Origin: Nannocystales bacterium
GTDB taxonomy: Bacteria; Myxococcota_A; Polyangia; Nannocystales; Nannocystaceae
Direction: 5' to 3'
NCBI GenBank assembly: GCA_050633305.1
Contig: JBOEGF010000004.1
Location: forward strand, 287,929-351,928
DNA: 64,000 bases
Shown here piece after piece: positions 37,811 to 47,682 of this stretch (positions within the stretch are counted from its first letter, which is position 1; every line of letters begins with the position of its first letter). Below the pieces are notes generated by a model. That model made no database searches and had not been told where the DNA came from. It saw nothing but the letters and a program-made list of their open reading frames with translations. A program made the translations under genes and the position numbers.

Positions 37811-39478
37811 TCAGCCGTTGTGCGTCGGATCGGCGGAAGGTGGACCCCGGGTGTCGACCTCCCGTATCGAGGTCGGCGAGTGCGGCCGCCGACGATGGCC
37901 CCCCGGGGTGGCCAGTTGTTCGAGTGCTGCAGTGCGTCCCGCACGTTCGGCCCGTGCCGCGCCGGCAAACCCCATCCATCCGAGGTCCTCGACGACGACC
38001 TCGACGACCCGAGCACACTCACGGCCCTGCTCGCAGACAAGTTCCCGCTGGCGGATCAAAGCGAGGCGAGTCGCGACCGCCAGCCCGTTGTCGTAGGACG
38101 TGGGACGACTTCGCGGACTGCGTACATGCGAACCCACGATGGGGGCCCCGCCGACGACCGAGCGGGTTGCGGCGACCGGGAGTTCGCCAGCCAACGAGCC
38201 ATCGACCAAGAGCTGTGCCCCCACGCGCTGGGGACGAAACAGTCCTGGCACAGCGCACGCGGCCATCAGGGCGTCGTGCAGCGACCCGTGACTGAAGTAG
38301 GTCATCGACCCCTCGTGGAGATCCGTTGCGCACAACGCCAACGGGAGCCGTAGACTCTCGATCGGCCGATCGGTTGCGATGAAGTGTTCGACGGAGGCTC
38401 GCAGCAGGTCATCGTCCGCAACTGCCAGCTCCCGCGGACCTGCAAATCCAACCCTGCCCCGTGAAGAGCCCGACCGACCAGCACGCCCAGTGATGCGCAC
38501 ACGTGCGTAGCGGCGACGCAGCGCAGCCATCACGTCCGACGCTGCGAACGACTCGAATCGCTCGAGCATCGTCGGGGCATCCATCCCGAGCCCATACATG
38601 GCGGCGACGAGCGCCCCTGCACTGGTCGCACCGATGCCGGCCACCGAGCCTCCGCGTTCTTCGAGGCCACGCAGCACTCCAATGTGCGCGGCAGCCCACG
38701 CCGCCCCTCCGCACAGGGCGAGCCCCACCGGCTGGGCCAGGACTTCGCGCGACGGTGCCTCGACCGTCTCGGACGTCTCAAGCGAAGCGGACGGGGACGA
38801 AGCCGCGGCGAGCAAACGATGACCGTCGGGGATCGAAGCGGACAGACTGGCCGCCCGGACCTCGACATGAGCCTCCCTCGACCAGGACAGCGCCGCCACA
38901 TCGCATGACAACTCTGTCGCGATCCGATGCACGACACTCGGCGTTGCGCCCGGGATTGCGAGCACCACTCGCCCGTCGGAAGTACGTCCGACGAGGTCCT
39001 GGGTCCGCATTCGGCTATTGATAGTCTGGATCAAACGTCTCTCGTCTTCGAAGCGCTCGGAGGCGCTGCACAAGTTACGGGTCGCGACCTGTGCAGTGAT
39101 CAAGCCAAGTGGGTGACGCTCGGCTCGGGCCCGCTGGATCTCAAAATCGAGAGCCTCTTCGAAGTCGAGGCCGCAAAGCATGCCGGTCCTGAGTTCCAGC
39201 GGTGGCGAGGACGTCTGCGCATCGCGCTGGTCATCACACAGCATTGAAAGCAGCGAGGTCGCGAACGAGACGATGGCCGCATCGCTGTACCCCGCCGACC
39301 GCAAGCCCCGAACCAGGGACGATGTCATCGCTCGAGGCGCGCGGAGCAATGACGGTTGTCTCGCGTGCTGCCGCTCGTGGCCGGTGGAGGAACCGCGAAC
39401 CGCAGAGCTGGGGTGGAGCGTCGACATGCGAGGCGGGGGCCGAGCGAATCTCTCGGCCTCGGACTCTTTGATGTCCAT
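37811..39478 (-). CDS. Degenerate GGDEF-like domain fused to patatin-like phospholipase
   Basis: FEEALDFEIQRARAERHPLGL..MRTQDLVGR gives a GGDEF-fold signature without the motif. Patatin: LALCGGAA..HIGV, GATSAG, LCATDL, CAVPGLF, VDGS. Start uncertain (39478/39427/39328). Confidence 0.8.
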   Translation of the reverse strand: MDIKESEAERFARPPPRMSTLHPSSAVRGSSTGHERQHARQPSLLRAPRAMTSSLVRGLRSAGYSDAAIVSFATSLLSMLCDDQRDAQTSSPPLELRTGMLCGLDFEEALDFEIQRARAERHPLGLITAQVATRNLCSASERFEDERRLIQTINSRMRTQDLVGRTSDGRVVLAIPGATPSVVHRIATELSCDVAALSWSREAHVEVRAASLSASIPDGHRLLAAASSPSASLETSETVEAPSREVLAQPVGLALCGGAAWAAAHIGVLRGLEERGGSVAGIGATSAGALVAAMYGLGMDAPTMLERFESFAASDVMAALRRRYARVRITGRAGRSGSSRGRVGFAGPRELAVADDDLLRASVEHFIATDRPIESLRLPLALCATDLHEGSMTYFSHGSLHDALMAACAVPGLFRPQRVGAQLLVDGSLAGELPVAATRSVVGGAPIVGSHVRSPRSRPTSYDNGLAVATRLALIRQRELVCEQGRECARVVEVVVEDLGWMGFAGAARAERAGRTAALEQLATPGGHRRRPHSPTSIREVDTRGPPSADPTHNG

Positions 39479-39827
39479 CTCCGCGCGGATCCGTCATTTT
39501 TTTCGGGCCGGCTCAGGGGAATCGTCCCCAAGTACGGACCACGGCTCCCCATGGCGTTCTAAGAAAGGCCAGCTGTCGATGGGCAAAACCCCTTTTCCGG
39601 ATCGCGTTCGGTCATCGACCGAACCTGTGTAACGACCGCTCGCGTGCGGGCACGACTCAAGGTCGTGTGCCTCGTACGCGCACGCGTGCTCGTGGGGTGT
39701 GGTGGTCTCTTGCCCGCGACTGATCGCCGCACCCTCGGTTCCTCGATCTTGCGGGTCACAGGGGGTTGAAGAGCCTCACTGGCCGCCAACTGCCCGGTGC
39801 GCAAGGCCGGTTGGTAGGCTCTATCCG

Positions 39828-42626
39828 GTGGCAACGGACGAGCAAACGATCGAGTTGCTCAGTGCAGCACGCGCGTCCGAGGGGGCCTCGATGGACGTCG
39901 CGTACCGGGAACTCCGCGCCCGCCTGTTCGAGCGCCAACACGCATCCCCTCATCTGGGTCGCTACGCCCTCCAAGAGCATGTGGGCTCGGGGGGGATGGG
40001 CACCGTCTTCCGAGCCCACGATCCGGAGCTCGACCGGACCGTTGCGATCAAGCTGGTCAAGTCGTCGGCGGTGACCGAGAACTCCACCGGAGAGCTGCAG
40101 GCGGAAGCCCGAGCGTTGGCCCGGGTGGAACATCCGAACGTCGTGGCAGTGCACGACCTGGGACGGTATGACGAGGGCGACCTGTCCGACCACGCCGCGG
40201 ATGTGTTGGCGATCCCGGCCCAAGGGATTTTCATCGTCATGCGGTGGATCGATGGCGCCCCGCTGCAGCGTTGGCTTCAGGATGCGTCCCCCTCTGCGTC
40301 GGAAGTCTTGCGCCTATTCCAGGCTGCGGGGGCGGGTTTGCATCATGTGCACACGTGCGGACTCGTCCACCAAGACTTCAAACCGGCGAACGTGCTCGTC
40401 GACAGCGGCGGCACGCCGCATGTGCTCGACTTTGGGATCGCGCAGGTCGAGGCGCAGCGTGATCCCACCGCCCCCAAGCCCGAACCTGAGGCGTTCGTCC
40501 GGGGCACGCCGCGATACATGTCGCCCGAGCAGAACGCAGGTGCCCCGGCGGACTCTCGCAGCGACCAGTACGCGTTCGCGATCTGTCTCACCGAGGCACT
40601 TTCCGGCCGCTACCCGATCGCGGCCGATGACCTACGCCAGCTCAGCCGCAAGAAGGCCAACAACGCGTTCGACCCGCGAGCCATGCGCGGGCTGCCACGT
40701 TGGCTCGCCCCGCTGCTTCGGAGGGCGATGGACGCCGCGCCGGAGGCACGGTTCGAAAGCATGGCCGCGCTGCTCGACGCGATCGCAGCCCGGCAACGGC
40801 GACGAAGCCTCGGCCTGTGGGGGGCAGCGGCAGCGACATTCGTGACGAGCATCATCGGTGCGTCGTGGGCTTCGGCAGGGCACGACGATCCTTGCGCGGG
40901 CGCGGCCGCGGCGATGGCCGAGACATGGACCTCCGAGCGCTCCACGTCGGTCCAGGACGCCCTTGCGGGCTATCCCCTGCCCTCGGCGGCGGCCGCCGGG
41001 GACAAGGCCGTGTCCGCGCTGGACGCGTTCGCGGTCTCGTGGTCCGAAGCGCGCGTCGAGGCCTGCGAGGCGCTCCTTCTTCCCCAAGGGCAGGCGGCGT
41101 CCGAGGGCCGGTTGCTGTGCCTCGACCGCATGCTGCACAGCTTCGAGGCGAGTGTTGACGTGCTCGAGGACCCTGACACCTCCGTCGTGCTCGAGGTGGG
41201 CGCACTGGTGTATGGCCTGCCGGATCCCTCGGCGTGTACGGCAGACCGGGCCCGTTCGGTCGAACTCCTGCTGCCCGCGTCGGCCCCCCGGCGCGACGCA
41301 GCCGAGCGTGTCGTCGCAGCACTGGAGCGTTCCCATGCACAGGGGCTGGCAGGGCGGCTCGAGCAGCAACTCGAGGAGGCCGAGAGAGCCCACGATCTGA
41401 GCATGTCCGTGGGCCACGACCCGCTCTCGGCCGCCACAGGGGCACGCCTCGCGCGGGCGTTGTGGGACGTCCACCGCCCCGCAGACGCGCTTCCCATCGC
41501 CCGACGGGCGCTCGCCAACGCCGAAGCTGCCGGAGATGTCGAGCAGGTGCTCCGGATTCAGGTCGACTTGGTCGGCATGCTCGGGGCTTCGCTGCGGAGG
41601 TACGACGAAGCGCTCGGACTCGCCATCGCCGCCCAGGCTCGATGCGCAGCCCTCCCCGATCCCCGCGCCTTTCTCGCCCCGCTTCGCCACAACGTGGGTC
41701 GAACGAGACTCGCACAGGGGGATGCCGCTCGAGGGCTCGAGGACCTGGAGCGGGCCTTGGAGGCGCGGCGTGCGATCGGGGACGACGGACCCGGCTTCGC
41801 CTCCAACCTGAACCTGCTTGGAGGCGCGCTGCAGAACCTCAACCGCCCTTCTGAGGCGCTGCAGCGATACACACAGGCGCTCGCTTGGCATCGTGAACAC
41901 AAGGGCGAGGACCATCCCGACGTCGCCACGGCGCTCAACAACCTCGCGAATGTGCACGGCCGTCTCGGCCAACGCGACCTCGCACGCGCGAACTACGAAG
42001 CAGCCCTGGCTGTCTTCGAGCGCACCCGCGGCCCCCTCAGCCGGGACGCCGGCATGGTGCTCAACAACCTCGGAGGTGTCCTGTACGAACTGGGTGCCTT
42101 GGGCGAAGCGGAAGTGACGCTCCGCAACGCGCTCCGTGCCAAGCGGATGTCGGTCGGAGACACCCACGCGGACATGGGCTTCTCTTGGGTCAACCTCGGC
42201 CGCGTTCTGCGGCGGCAAGGCGCGTTGGTCCAGGCGGATGAGGCGTTTGCCCAGGCGGTCCAGAACTGGGGCGACGCGTGGGGCACCGAACACCCGCTGT
42301 TGTCCGAGCCGATGGTCGGTCGGGCCGAGGTCGCGTTGGACCGCGGAGCGCTCTCCGAGGCGGCCGCGTTGGCCCGTCGCGCGCACACGCAGATGCTCCG
42401 AGGAACCCAGCAGGATCCCGACCGAGCTGGGCGGATCGCCTCGGTCCTGGCACGGGCCACGTTTGAAGACGACCCTGCGGCTTCGACCACCAAGGCCCGA
42501 CAAGCGCTTGCCGCGTTCTCCGCCCTCGAAACCTCCTCGCAAGACCGCCTGGATCTGGAACGATGGATGTTGGAGCGCGGACTTCGAGTGCCGAGCGAAG
42601 ACCTCGCCGCACAGGAGCATCCATGA
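39828..42626 (+). CDS. Membrane Ser/Thr protein kinase with TPR repeats
   Basis: GSGGMG, VAIK, HQDFKPAN, DFG, GTPRYMSPE, TM segment and GEDHPDVATALNNLA-type TPRs. GTG start inferred. Confidence 0.92.
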   Translation: MATDEQTIELLSAARASEGASMDVAYRELRARLFERQHASPHLGRYALQEHVGSGGMGTVFRAHDPELDRTVAIKLVKSSAVTENSTGELQAEARALARVEHPNVVAVHDLGRYDEGDLSDHAADVLAIPAQGIFIVMRWIDGAPLQRWLQDASPSASEVLRLFQAAGAGLHHVHTCGLVHQDFKPANVLVDSGGTPHVLDFGIAQVEAQRDPTAPKPEPEAFVRGTPRYMSPEQNAGAPADSRSDQYAFAICLTEALSGRYPIAADDLRQLSRKKANNAFDPRAMRGLPRWLAPLLRRAMDAAPEARFESMAALLDAIAARQRRRSLGLWGAAAATFVTSIIGASWASAGHDDPCAGAAAAMAETWTSERSTSVQDALAGYPLPSAAAAGDKAVSALDAFAVSWSEARVEACEALLLPQGQAASEGRLLCLDRMLHSFEASVDVLEDPDTSVVLEVGALVYGLPDPSACTADRARSVELLLPASAPRRDAAERVVAALERSHAQGLAGRLEQQLEEAERAHDLSMSVGHDPLSAATGARLARALWDVHRPADALPIARRALANAEAAGDVEQVLRIQVDLVGMLGASLRRYDEALGLAIAAQARCAALPDPRAFLAPLRHNVGRTRLAQGDAARGLEDLERALEARRAIGDDGPGFASNLNLLGGALQNLNRPSEALQRYTQALAWHREHKGEDHPDVATALNNLANVHGRLGQRDLARANYEAALAVFERTRGPLSRDAGMVLNNLGGVLYELGALGEAEVTLRNALRAKRMSVGDTHADMGFSWVNLGRVLRRQGALVQADEAFAQAVQNWGDAWGTEHPLLSEPMVGRAEVALDRGALSEAAALARRAHTQMLRGTQQDPDRAGRIASVLARATFEDDPAASTTKARQALAAFSALETSSQDRLDLERWMLERGLRVPSEDLAAQEHP

Positions 42627-43261
42627 CCGTACGCAGCGACGAATCCCTGTTGGCGGAGTGGTCCCGCGGCGACCAGGCGGCGGGGGAAGTCCTGGTCGCG
42701 CGGCATTTTCCGACCGTGTACCGGTTCTTCCACAACAAGGTCGGACACGCCGTCCACGACCTGTGTCAGCGAACGTTCGTGGCGTGTTTGGAGGCCAAGG
42801 ACCGTTTCGAGGGCCGGTCGTCCTTCCGCACCTTCTTGCTGGGTATCGCGAACTACCAGCTGTTGCGATACCTCCGAACCGCGCGGCGCAACGAGGCCAA
42901 GCGACTCGATGCTCAACGACACTCCGTGGCGGAGTTTCTCGAGCGGGCGCCAACCTCTCCCACCGAGCGCCTTGCGAAACACGCGGAACACGGGGTCTTA
43001 CTCCGGGCCCTGCGGCGCCTCCCGCTCGCAATGCAGCTCGTCCTCGAGTTGCGATACTGGGAGGAACTGACGGTCGCCGAGATCGCCGAGGTTCTCGAGG
43101 TTCCCTTGGGAACGATCTCTTCTCGACTGGGCCGGGCCCGAACAAGCTTGCGGAAGACGATCGAGGCACACGAGAGCACGGCCCTCGCAGAGACCACCCT
43201 GCGCGGCCTGGAACGGTGGGCGGCCGAGATCGCCGCGTTGGCAGACCGTTCAGGCTCCTAG
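42623..43261 (+). CDS. ECF sigma-70 factor
   Basis: SDESLL..GD..A, DLCQRTF, FEGRSSFRTFLLGIA and sigma4 LTVAEIAEVLEVPLGTISSRLGRAR. ATGA overlap with the kinase stop. Confidence 0.92.
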   Translation: MTVRSDESLLAEWSRGDQAAGEVLVARHFPTVYRFFHNKVGHAVHDLCQRTFVACLEAKDRFEGRSSFRTFLLGIANYQLLRYLRTARRNEAKRLDAQRHSVAEFLERAPTSPTERLAKHAEHGVLLRALRRLPLAMQLVLELRYWEELTVAEIAEVLEVPLGTISSRLGRARTSLRKTIEAHESTALAETTLRGLERWAAEIAALADRSGS

Positions 43262-43306
43262 AACGGTTCGGACACGCACTGCGCCTCTCACGCGAGGCCC
43301 CGCGGC

Positions 43307-43356
43307 AAAAAAAACTTTGGCGCGCAGGGAATTGTTTGGCGCGGGCGGTGACTCAC
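43307..43356 (+). promoter_or_regulatory. Candidate ECF-type promoter (A8 tract, GGGAAT-N17-GACTC)
   Basis: Bipartite motif ending a few nt before ATG 43361, directly downstream of an ECF gene. Confidence 0.3.
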
Positions 43357-43360
43357 CACT

Positions 43361-44548
43361 ATGGCCCGCGTTGTTCCCTGGTCTCTTGTCTTGCTGAGCT
43401 TGACGGCGTGTTCCCCCGAGTTGCGGAAGGAAGACGCGCCTGCGGCGGAATCGGACGCCGGAACCGGTCAATCCATGCCCCACGGATCATCAGGGCAAGC
43501 TCCGCCGCAGGCGACCGCCACCGTGACCTCCAGCTCCGCGGAGCCCGACGGCGACGAATCCTCGGGCACGACCGGTGGGGCCAAGTTCGATCTACCTCCT
43601 GGCGGCGATGGGCCCACCGGATTCGGCTGCGCGAAGGTGGACTTCCTATTCGTCGTCGACAACTCGGGGTCGATGTCCGACGAGCAGCAGACCCTGGCCG
43701 CGAGTTTCCCGGCATTCATGGAGACGATTCAGAGCGAGATCGCGGCGATGGACTACCACCTCATGGTGGTGAGTACGGACGGCAGCATGATCCAGTCCTC
43801 GGGAGGCTCCGGTTCCCAGGTCCTGACCTGCACCGGGGGTAACTGCACGTGTGCCCCTGCCCCGGACTGCTGCGTCGATGCTTGTGCGCTCGGCGGTGGC
43901 CAAGACTCGTGTTTCGGGGTCCCGTGCGGCGAAGAAATCGCCGTGGAAGGCTGTGACGTGGAGCTTGGCGCAGGACGGCGCTTCTCCTCCCAGGGCGAGT
44001 GTGGACTCTCGGAAGAGCAGCGCTTCATCACCCAAGCCGAACCCGACCTGGAAACGAGGTTCCTGTGCATGGCCGACGTCGGGACGTTCGGCAGCGGAAA
44101 TGAGGTTCCGATCGACGCTGTCCTCGCCGCGATCGGGGACCACAACACGGGCGATGGCGGCTGCAACGACGGCTTTCTGCGCGACGACGCGGTCCTCGTG
44201 GTCACCATCATCACCGACGAGGAGGATGACCACGACGGGTTCTTTGGCTCCGAAGGCGACCCCCCGCAGTGGCACCAGGCGGTCCTGGACGCCAAGGGAG
44301 GCAACGAGACCGCCGCCGTGGTGCTGGGGCTGGTCGGAGATACCGACCTTCCGGACGGACTGTGCGAGCCCCTCGACGAGGGCGGGGTCGACGGCGCCGA
44401 AGCCTCACCTCGACTACGGGAGTTCGTCGGTGCGTTCGGAAGCCGCGGCTTCGTGGGTAGTGTCTGCGCACCCAGCTACGACGGCTTCTTCTCGGACGCA
44501 GTGTCGGTGATCGATACGGCGTGCGACGAGTTCGAGCCCGAGGGCTGA
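43361..44548 (+). CDS. Cys-rich VWA-like (MIDAS) lipoprotein
   Basis: Lipobox LTAC, KVDFLFVVDNSGSM, FLRDDAVLVVTIITDEED. Confidence 0.85.
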   Translation: MARVVPWSLVLLSLTACSPELRKEDAPAAESDAGTGQSMPHGSSGQAPPQATATVTSSSAEPDGDESSGTTGGAKFDLPPGGDGPTGFGCAKVDFLFVVDNSGSMSDEQQTLAASFPAFMETIQSEIAAMDYHLMVVSTDGSMIQSSGGSGSQVLTCTGGNCTCAPAPDCCVDACALGGGQDSCFGVPCGEEIAVEGCDVELGAGRRFSSQGECGLSEEQRFITQAEPDLETRFLCMADVGTFGSGNEVPIDAVLAAIGDHNTGDGGCNDGFLRDDAVLVVTIITDEEDDHDGFFGSEGDPPQWHQAVLDAKGGNETAAVVLGLVGDTDLPDGLCEPLDEGGVDGAEASPRLREFVGAFGSRGFVGSVCAPSYDGFFSDAVSVIDTACDEFEPEG

Positions 44549-44634
44549 GCCCAGCTGAACGGTGGGTCCAGTTGCTACAGCGGCTACGAGACCGGAACCT
44601 GCCGAGCCAACGCGAGGTTCGAGGATGGTACACA

Positions 44635-46380
44635 ATGCGCATGGTCATTCTGCGCAGGAGCGCTCCACGACTCGCCCTCATAGCCTCCTTCTTGTTCGGC
44701 GCCGCCGCATGCAACAGCGCCGTCGCGGTTGGCGAGACCGACGGCGGCGATGGGTCGGGCACCGACGACGCCCCCACCGGGCCCGACGAGTCGTCCGGGG
44801 GCACGGGCGACCCCGTTGACCCTGCCGAGGGTGTCTACATCCTAGACAACAAGGATGTAGACATTCTCTTTGTGATCGACAACTCGGGTTCCATGGGCGA
44901 GGAACAGGCGAACCTGTCGGAGAACTTCGGATTGCTGATGAGCACGCTCGAAGCTGACGACGTGCAGGCGAACTACAGAATCGGGATCACGACGACCGAT
45001 GACAGCAACTACTGGTGCCGGGGGGCGGGCGTCTCGGATGCGGAGTCTGGCAACTTCGTACTCTCGAGCTGTCGGTCCCGGCTGGGAGACTTCTATTTCA
45101 CCGGAGATGACACCGACGCGGAAGCTGCGTGCACCGATTTCTGCGATTTGGACAACATCGACATCCTGCCGACGGTGACACGCGATGACCCGACCCCCTC
45201 GGTCCGTCCGTGGATGGAGAGTATCGGTGGCGTGACGAACCTGCCCGCGGGCGTGACCGCCACGCAAGCCATGCAGTGTTTTGCCCCACAAGGGATCAAC
45301 GGCTGCGGGTTCGAGTCGCATCTCGAGTCGATGTGGAAAGCCCTACGGTTGTCGGGTACCGCAGGCCAACCTCACTCAGGGTTCCTTCGCGACCACGCAG
45401 CCCTGGCGATCGTGTTCGTCACCGACGAGGCCGATTGCTCCTTCAATCGCGACCACCAGAACACCGTCTTCGGGGAAGAAGGAATCGGGAATCAGGTGTT
45501 CTGGTCCCTCCCCGACGTGCAGCAGTCGCCGACGTCCGCGGTTTGCTGGAATGCAGGAGTGACCTGTGACTTCAGCCTCAATTCAGACCAATGCTCGTCG
45601 ATCGACCTGGACGTCGATGGCAACGAAGCGGTTTCTGACGACGCGGCGGTGCTGTACCCCATCTCCAAGTACACCTCACTCGTCCAAGAGATCGAGGCGA
45701 ACAAGAAAGACCTCAACCCAGGTCAGGAAGTCCTCGTCTCGGCGATCGTGGGCGTCCCCGAAAACTATCCGGAACTGCAGCAACTCAGCTATGGCCAAGG
45801 TGGGGACGCAAGCAACCCCAACAGCTTCCAGGCGCGATTCGGCATCGGACAGGGTTGTTCGAGTTCGGTCGCCGAGGCCGTCCCCCCGGTGCGTCTGCGG
45901 GAGTTCGCCGAAGCGTTCCTGGTCGGGGACAATGACAACAACCTGTTCTCAGTTTGCAGCACCGACTACGGTCCCGCGCTCGAGGCGATCGCGGATTCCG
46001 TCCGCGGTCAACTGCGCCCCGCTTGCATGCCCGCATGTGTCGCGGATACCGACCCGGTCACCGTGGGGCTTCAGCCGCAGTGCACGCTGACGCAGAGCTG
46101 GAACGATGGGACCGGATTCGTCGAAGAGAGCATTCCCGAGTGCGACGCGGGCGGGTCCGTTCCGCCTGGCGCCGACGCGTGTTTTGCCGCGCTGGTTGAC
46201 CCCGGAGGGGCCACGGAAGCCACAGACGACGACATGCAGCCCGCTTGTGTAGACGAGGGCTGGAACCTCGAATTCCGAATCAACCGGAGTGCCGGAGCGC
46301 CTGCACCCAGTGGCGCAGAGATCCGAGCGGTCTGCGAGCTGTCGCAGAACAAGGCCCTCGACTGTCCTGGCTTGCCCTAA
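44635..46380 (+). CDS. Cys-rich VWA-like (MIDAS) lipoprotein
   Basis: Lipobox-like AAAC, DVDILFVIDNSGSM, GCGFE, FLRDHAALAIVFVTDEADCS and a Cys-rich C-terminus. Confidence 0.85.
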   Translation: MRMVILRRSAPRLALIASFLFGAAACNSAVAVGETDGGDGSGTDDAPTGPDESSGGTGDPVDPAEGVYILDNKDVDILFVIDNSGSMGEEQANLSENFGLLMSTLEADDVQANYRIGITTTDDSNYWCRGAGVSDAESGNFVLSSCRSRLGDFYFTGDDTDAEAACTDFCDLDNIDILPTVTRDDPTPSVRPWMESIGGVTNLPAGVTATQAMQCFAPQGINGCGFESHLESMWKALRLSGTAGQPHSGFLRDHAALAIVFVTDEADCSFNRDHQNTVFGEEGIGNQVFWSLPDVQQSPTSAVCWNAGVTCDFSLNSDQCSSIDLDVDGNEAVSDDAAVLYPISKYTSLVQEIEANKKDLNPGQEVLVSAIVGVPENYPELQQLSYGQGGDASNPNSFQARFGIGQGCSSSVAEAVPPVRLREFAEAFLVGDNDNNLFSVCSTDYGPALEAIADSVRGQLRPACMPACVADTDPVTVGLQPQCTLTQSWNDGTGFVEESIPECDAGGSVPPGADACFAALVDPGGATEATDDDMQPACVDEGWNLEFRINRSAGAPAPSGAEIRAVCELSQNKALDCPGLP

Positions 46381-46402
46381 CAGGCAGAGCCAGGGACGGA
46401 AC

Positions 46403-47668
46403 CTAGAACCCTCGCAGCGGGGTGCTCGAGCCGAGGTAGGCGGTTGGATCGACCCCCACCTCCTCGAGCACGCCAGCTGCGAAGTTTCCGTGTCTCAGCG
46501 GCGAGCCGCCCCCGCTGAGCTCGCCCGTCTCCAGCTCGACGTTGCGCCCCCCGAACTCGTCGTCGGTCGCGCCCAACACCCGCCCGCCGCCGATGTCCGT
46601 GCCGATCAGCATGGCGCTGGTGACTGGCCAATGATCCTTGCCCGCGTCCCCGTTGAGCTTGGGCGTGCGCCCCATTTCCGACACCACCGCCACGACCGTG
46701 TCTTCCATCAGCCCCGCTGCCTCGAGGCCTTGGACCAGTCGGCGAAGCTGGGAGAACAGTTCTTCCCAGTAGAACACCTGATCGCTGTTGTTGACATGGG
46801 TGTCCCACCCGCCGAGCTCGATCTGGCACGCGGCGGACGTCCCCAGTGAGAGTGCCTGAATCGCCAGATCCACCTGCAGGCCAAAGGACTGGGCGTAGTC
46901 CAGGTCGCCCAGGGCCCCAATGTCGACGAGCTGCTCCGCACGACCGATGGCGTTCTCGAAGTCGGCACCGCGCTGCGAGTTTCGGCCGAGCCCCTGCCAC
47001 CGTTCCCGGCCTTGCTGGGCCTGCGCGCGGACATAGTCTTGGACCAGGCCCTGTTCCTCATCCAGCATCAGGAAGCGCTCGAATCCAAACGACCCGTCTT
47101 CCAAGGGAAAGCCGGCCGCCGGCTCGATCAGGGTGTTGATCTGGTTGAGGTTGCCGGTCCTTGTGACTGCCGACGCGTAGGGTCCTGAGAACGAAACGGT
47201 GCCGAGTACCAGGTAGGGCGCGGCGAGGTCGTTGCCATGTTCGATCGCCGCGATGGTGCCGATGTCCGGAGCATCCAGCGCAGTCGTCCCGGTCATGATC
47301 CTTCGGTAGCCGGAGGTGTGCGAGATCGACGAGGTCTGCAAACCGTTGATCACGGTGGTGATCGACGCAAAGTCCTCGAAGTAGCTTGCGACGGACGGGC
47401 GCGTGGCCGCATCGAGGATCGGGATGCCACCGATCTCTCGCACCGTTCCATCCGAAGGGGCGTCGATGCTGCTCAACCCCGGCTTGGGATCAATGGTGTA
47501 CGTGGTGTCCCAACCTCCGACGGCGTTGACGATGATGAGATTCTTGGGCGACCCGACGTCGGCGAGTGCAGGCCGACTTCCCAGGAGGCCAACGCCCCAC
47601 CCCGCACCGATGGCGGCGGCCGATCCCGTAAGCAAACCGCGTCGAGTCATTCGATTGTTCATGCGCAT
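46403..47668 (-). CDS. Tat-exported DUF1501-like protein
   Basis: Twin-arginine signal MTRRGLL, GGWD..DPK, GGWDTH, SEMGRTP, GKDHW; SD AGGAGG upstream. Confidence 0.85.
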   Translation of the reverse strand: MRMNNRMTRRGLLTGSAAAIGAGWGVGLLGSRPALADVGSPKNLIIVNAVGGWDTTYTIDPKPGLSSIDAPSDGTVREIGGIPILDAATRPSVASYFEDFASITTVINGLQTSSISHTSGYRRIMTGTTALDAPDIGTIAAIEHGNDLAAPYLVLGTVSFSGPYASAVTRTGNLNQINTLIEPAAGFPLEDGSFGFERFLMLDEEQGLVQDYVRAQAQQGRERWQGLGRNSQRGADFENAIGRAEQLVDIGALGDLDYAQSFGLQVDLAIQALSLGTSAACQIELGGWDTHVNNSDQVFYWEELFSQLRRLVQGLEAAGLMEDTVVAVVSEMGRTPKLNGDAGKDHWPVTSAMLIGTDIGGGRVLGATDDEFGGRNVELETGELSGGGSPLRHGNFAAGVLEEVGVDPTAYLGSSTPLRGF

Positions 47669-47682
47669 GGTCAGGTCTCCTC

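Noticed and set aside
37811..38730. Patatin as an anti-phage (CBASS-type) effector
   Set aside because: No CD-NTase or other defence genes adjacent; context is lipid biosynthesis.
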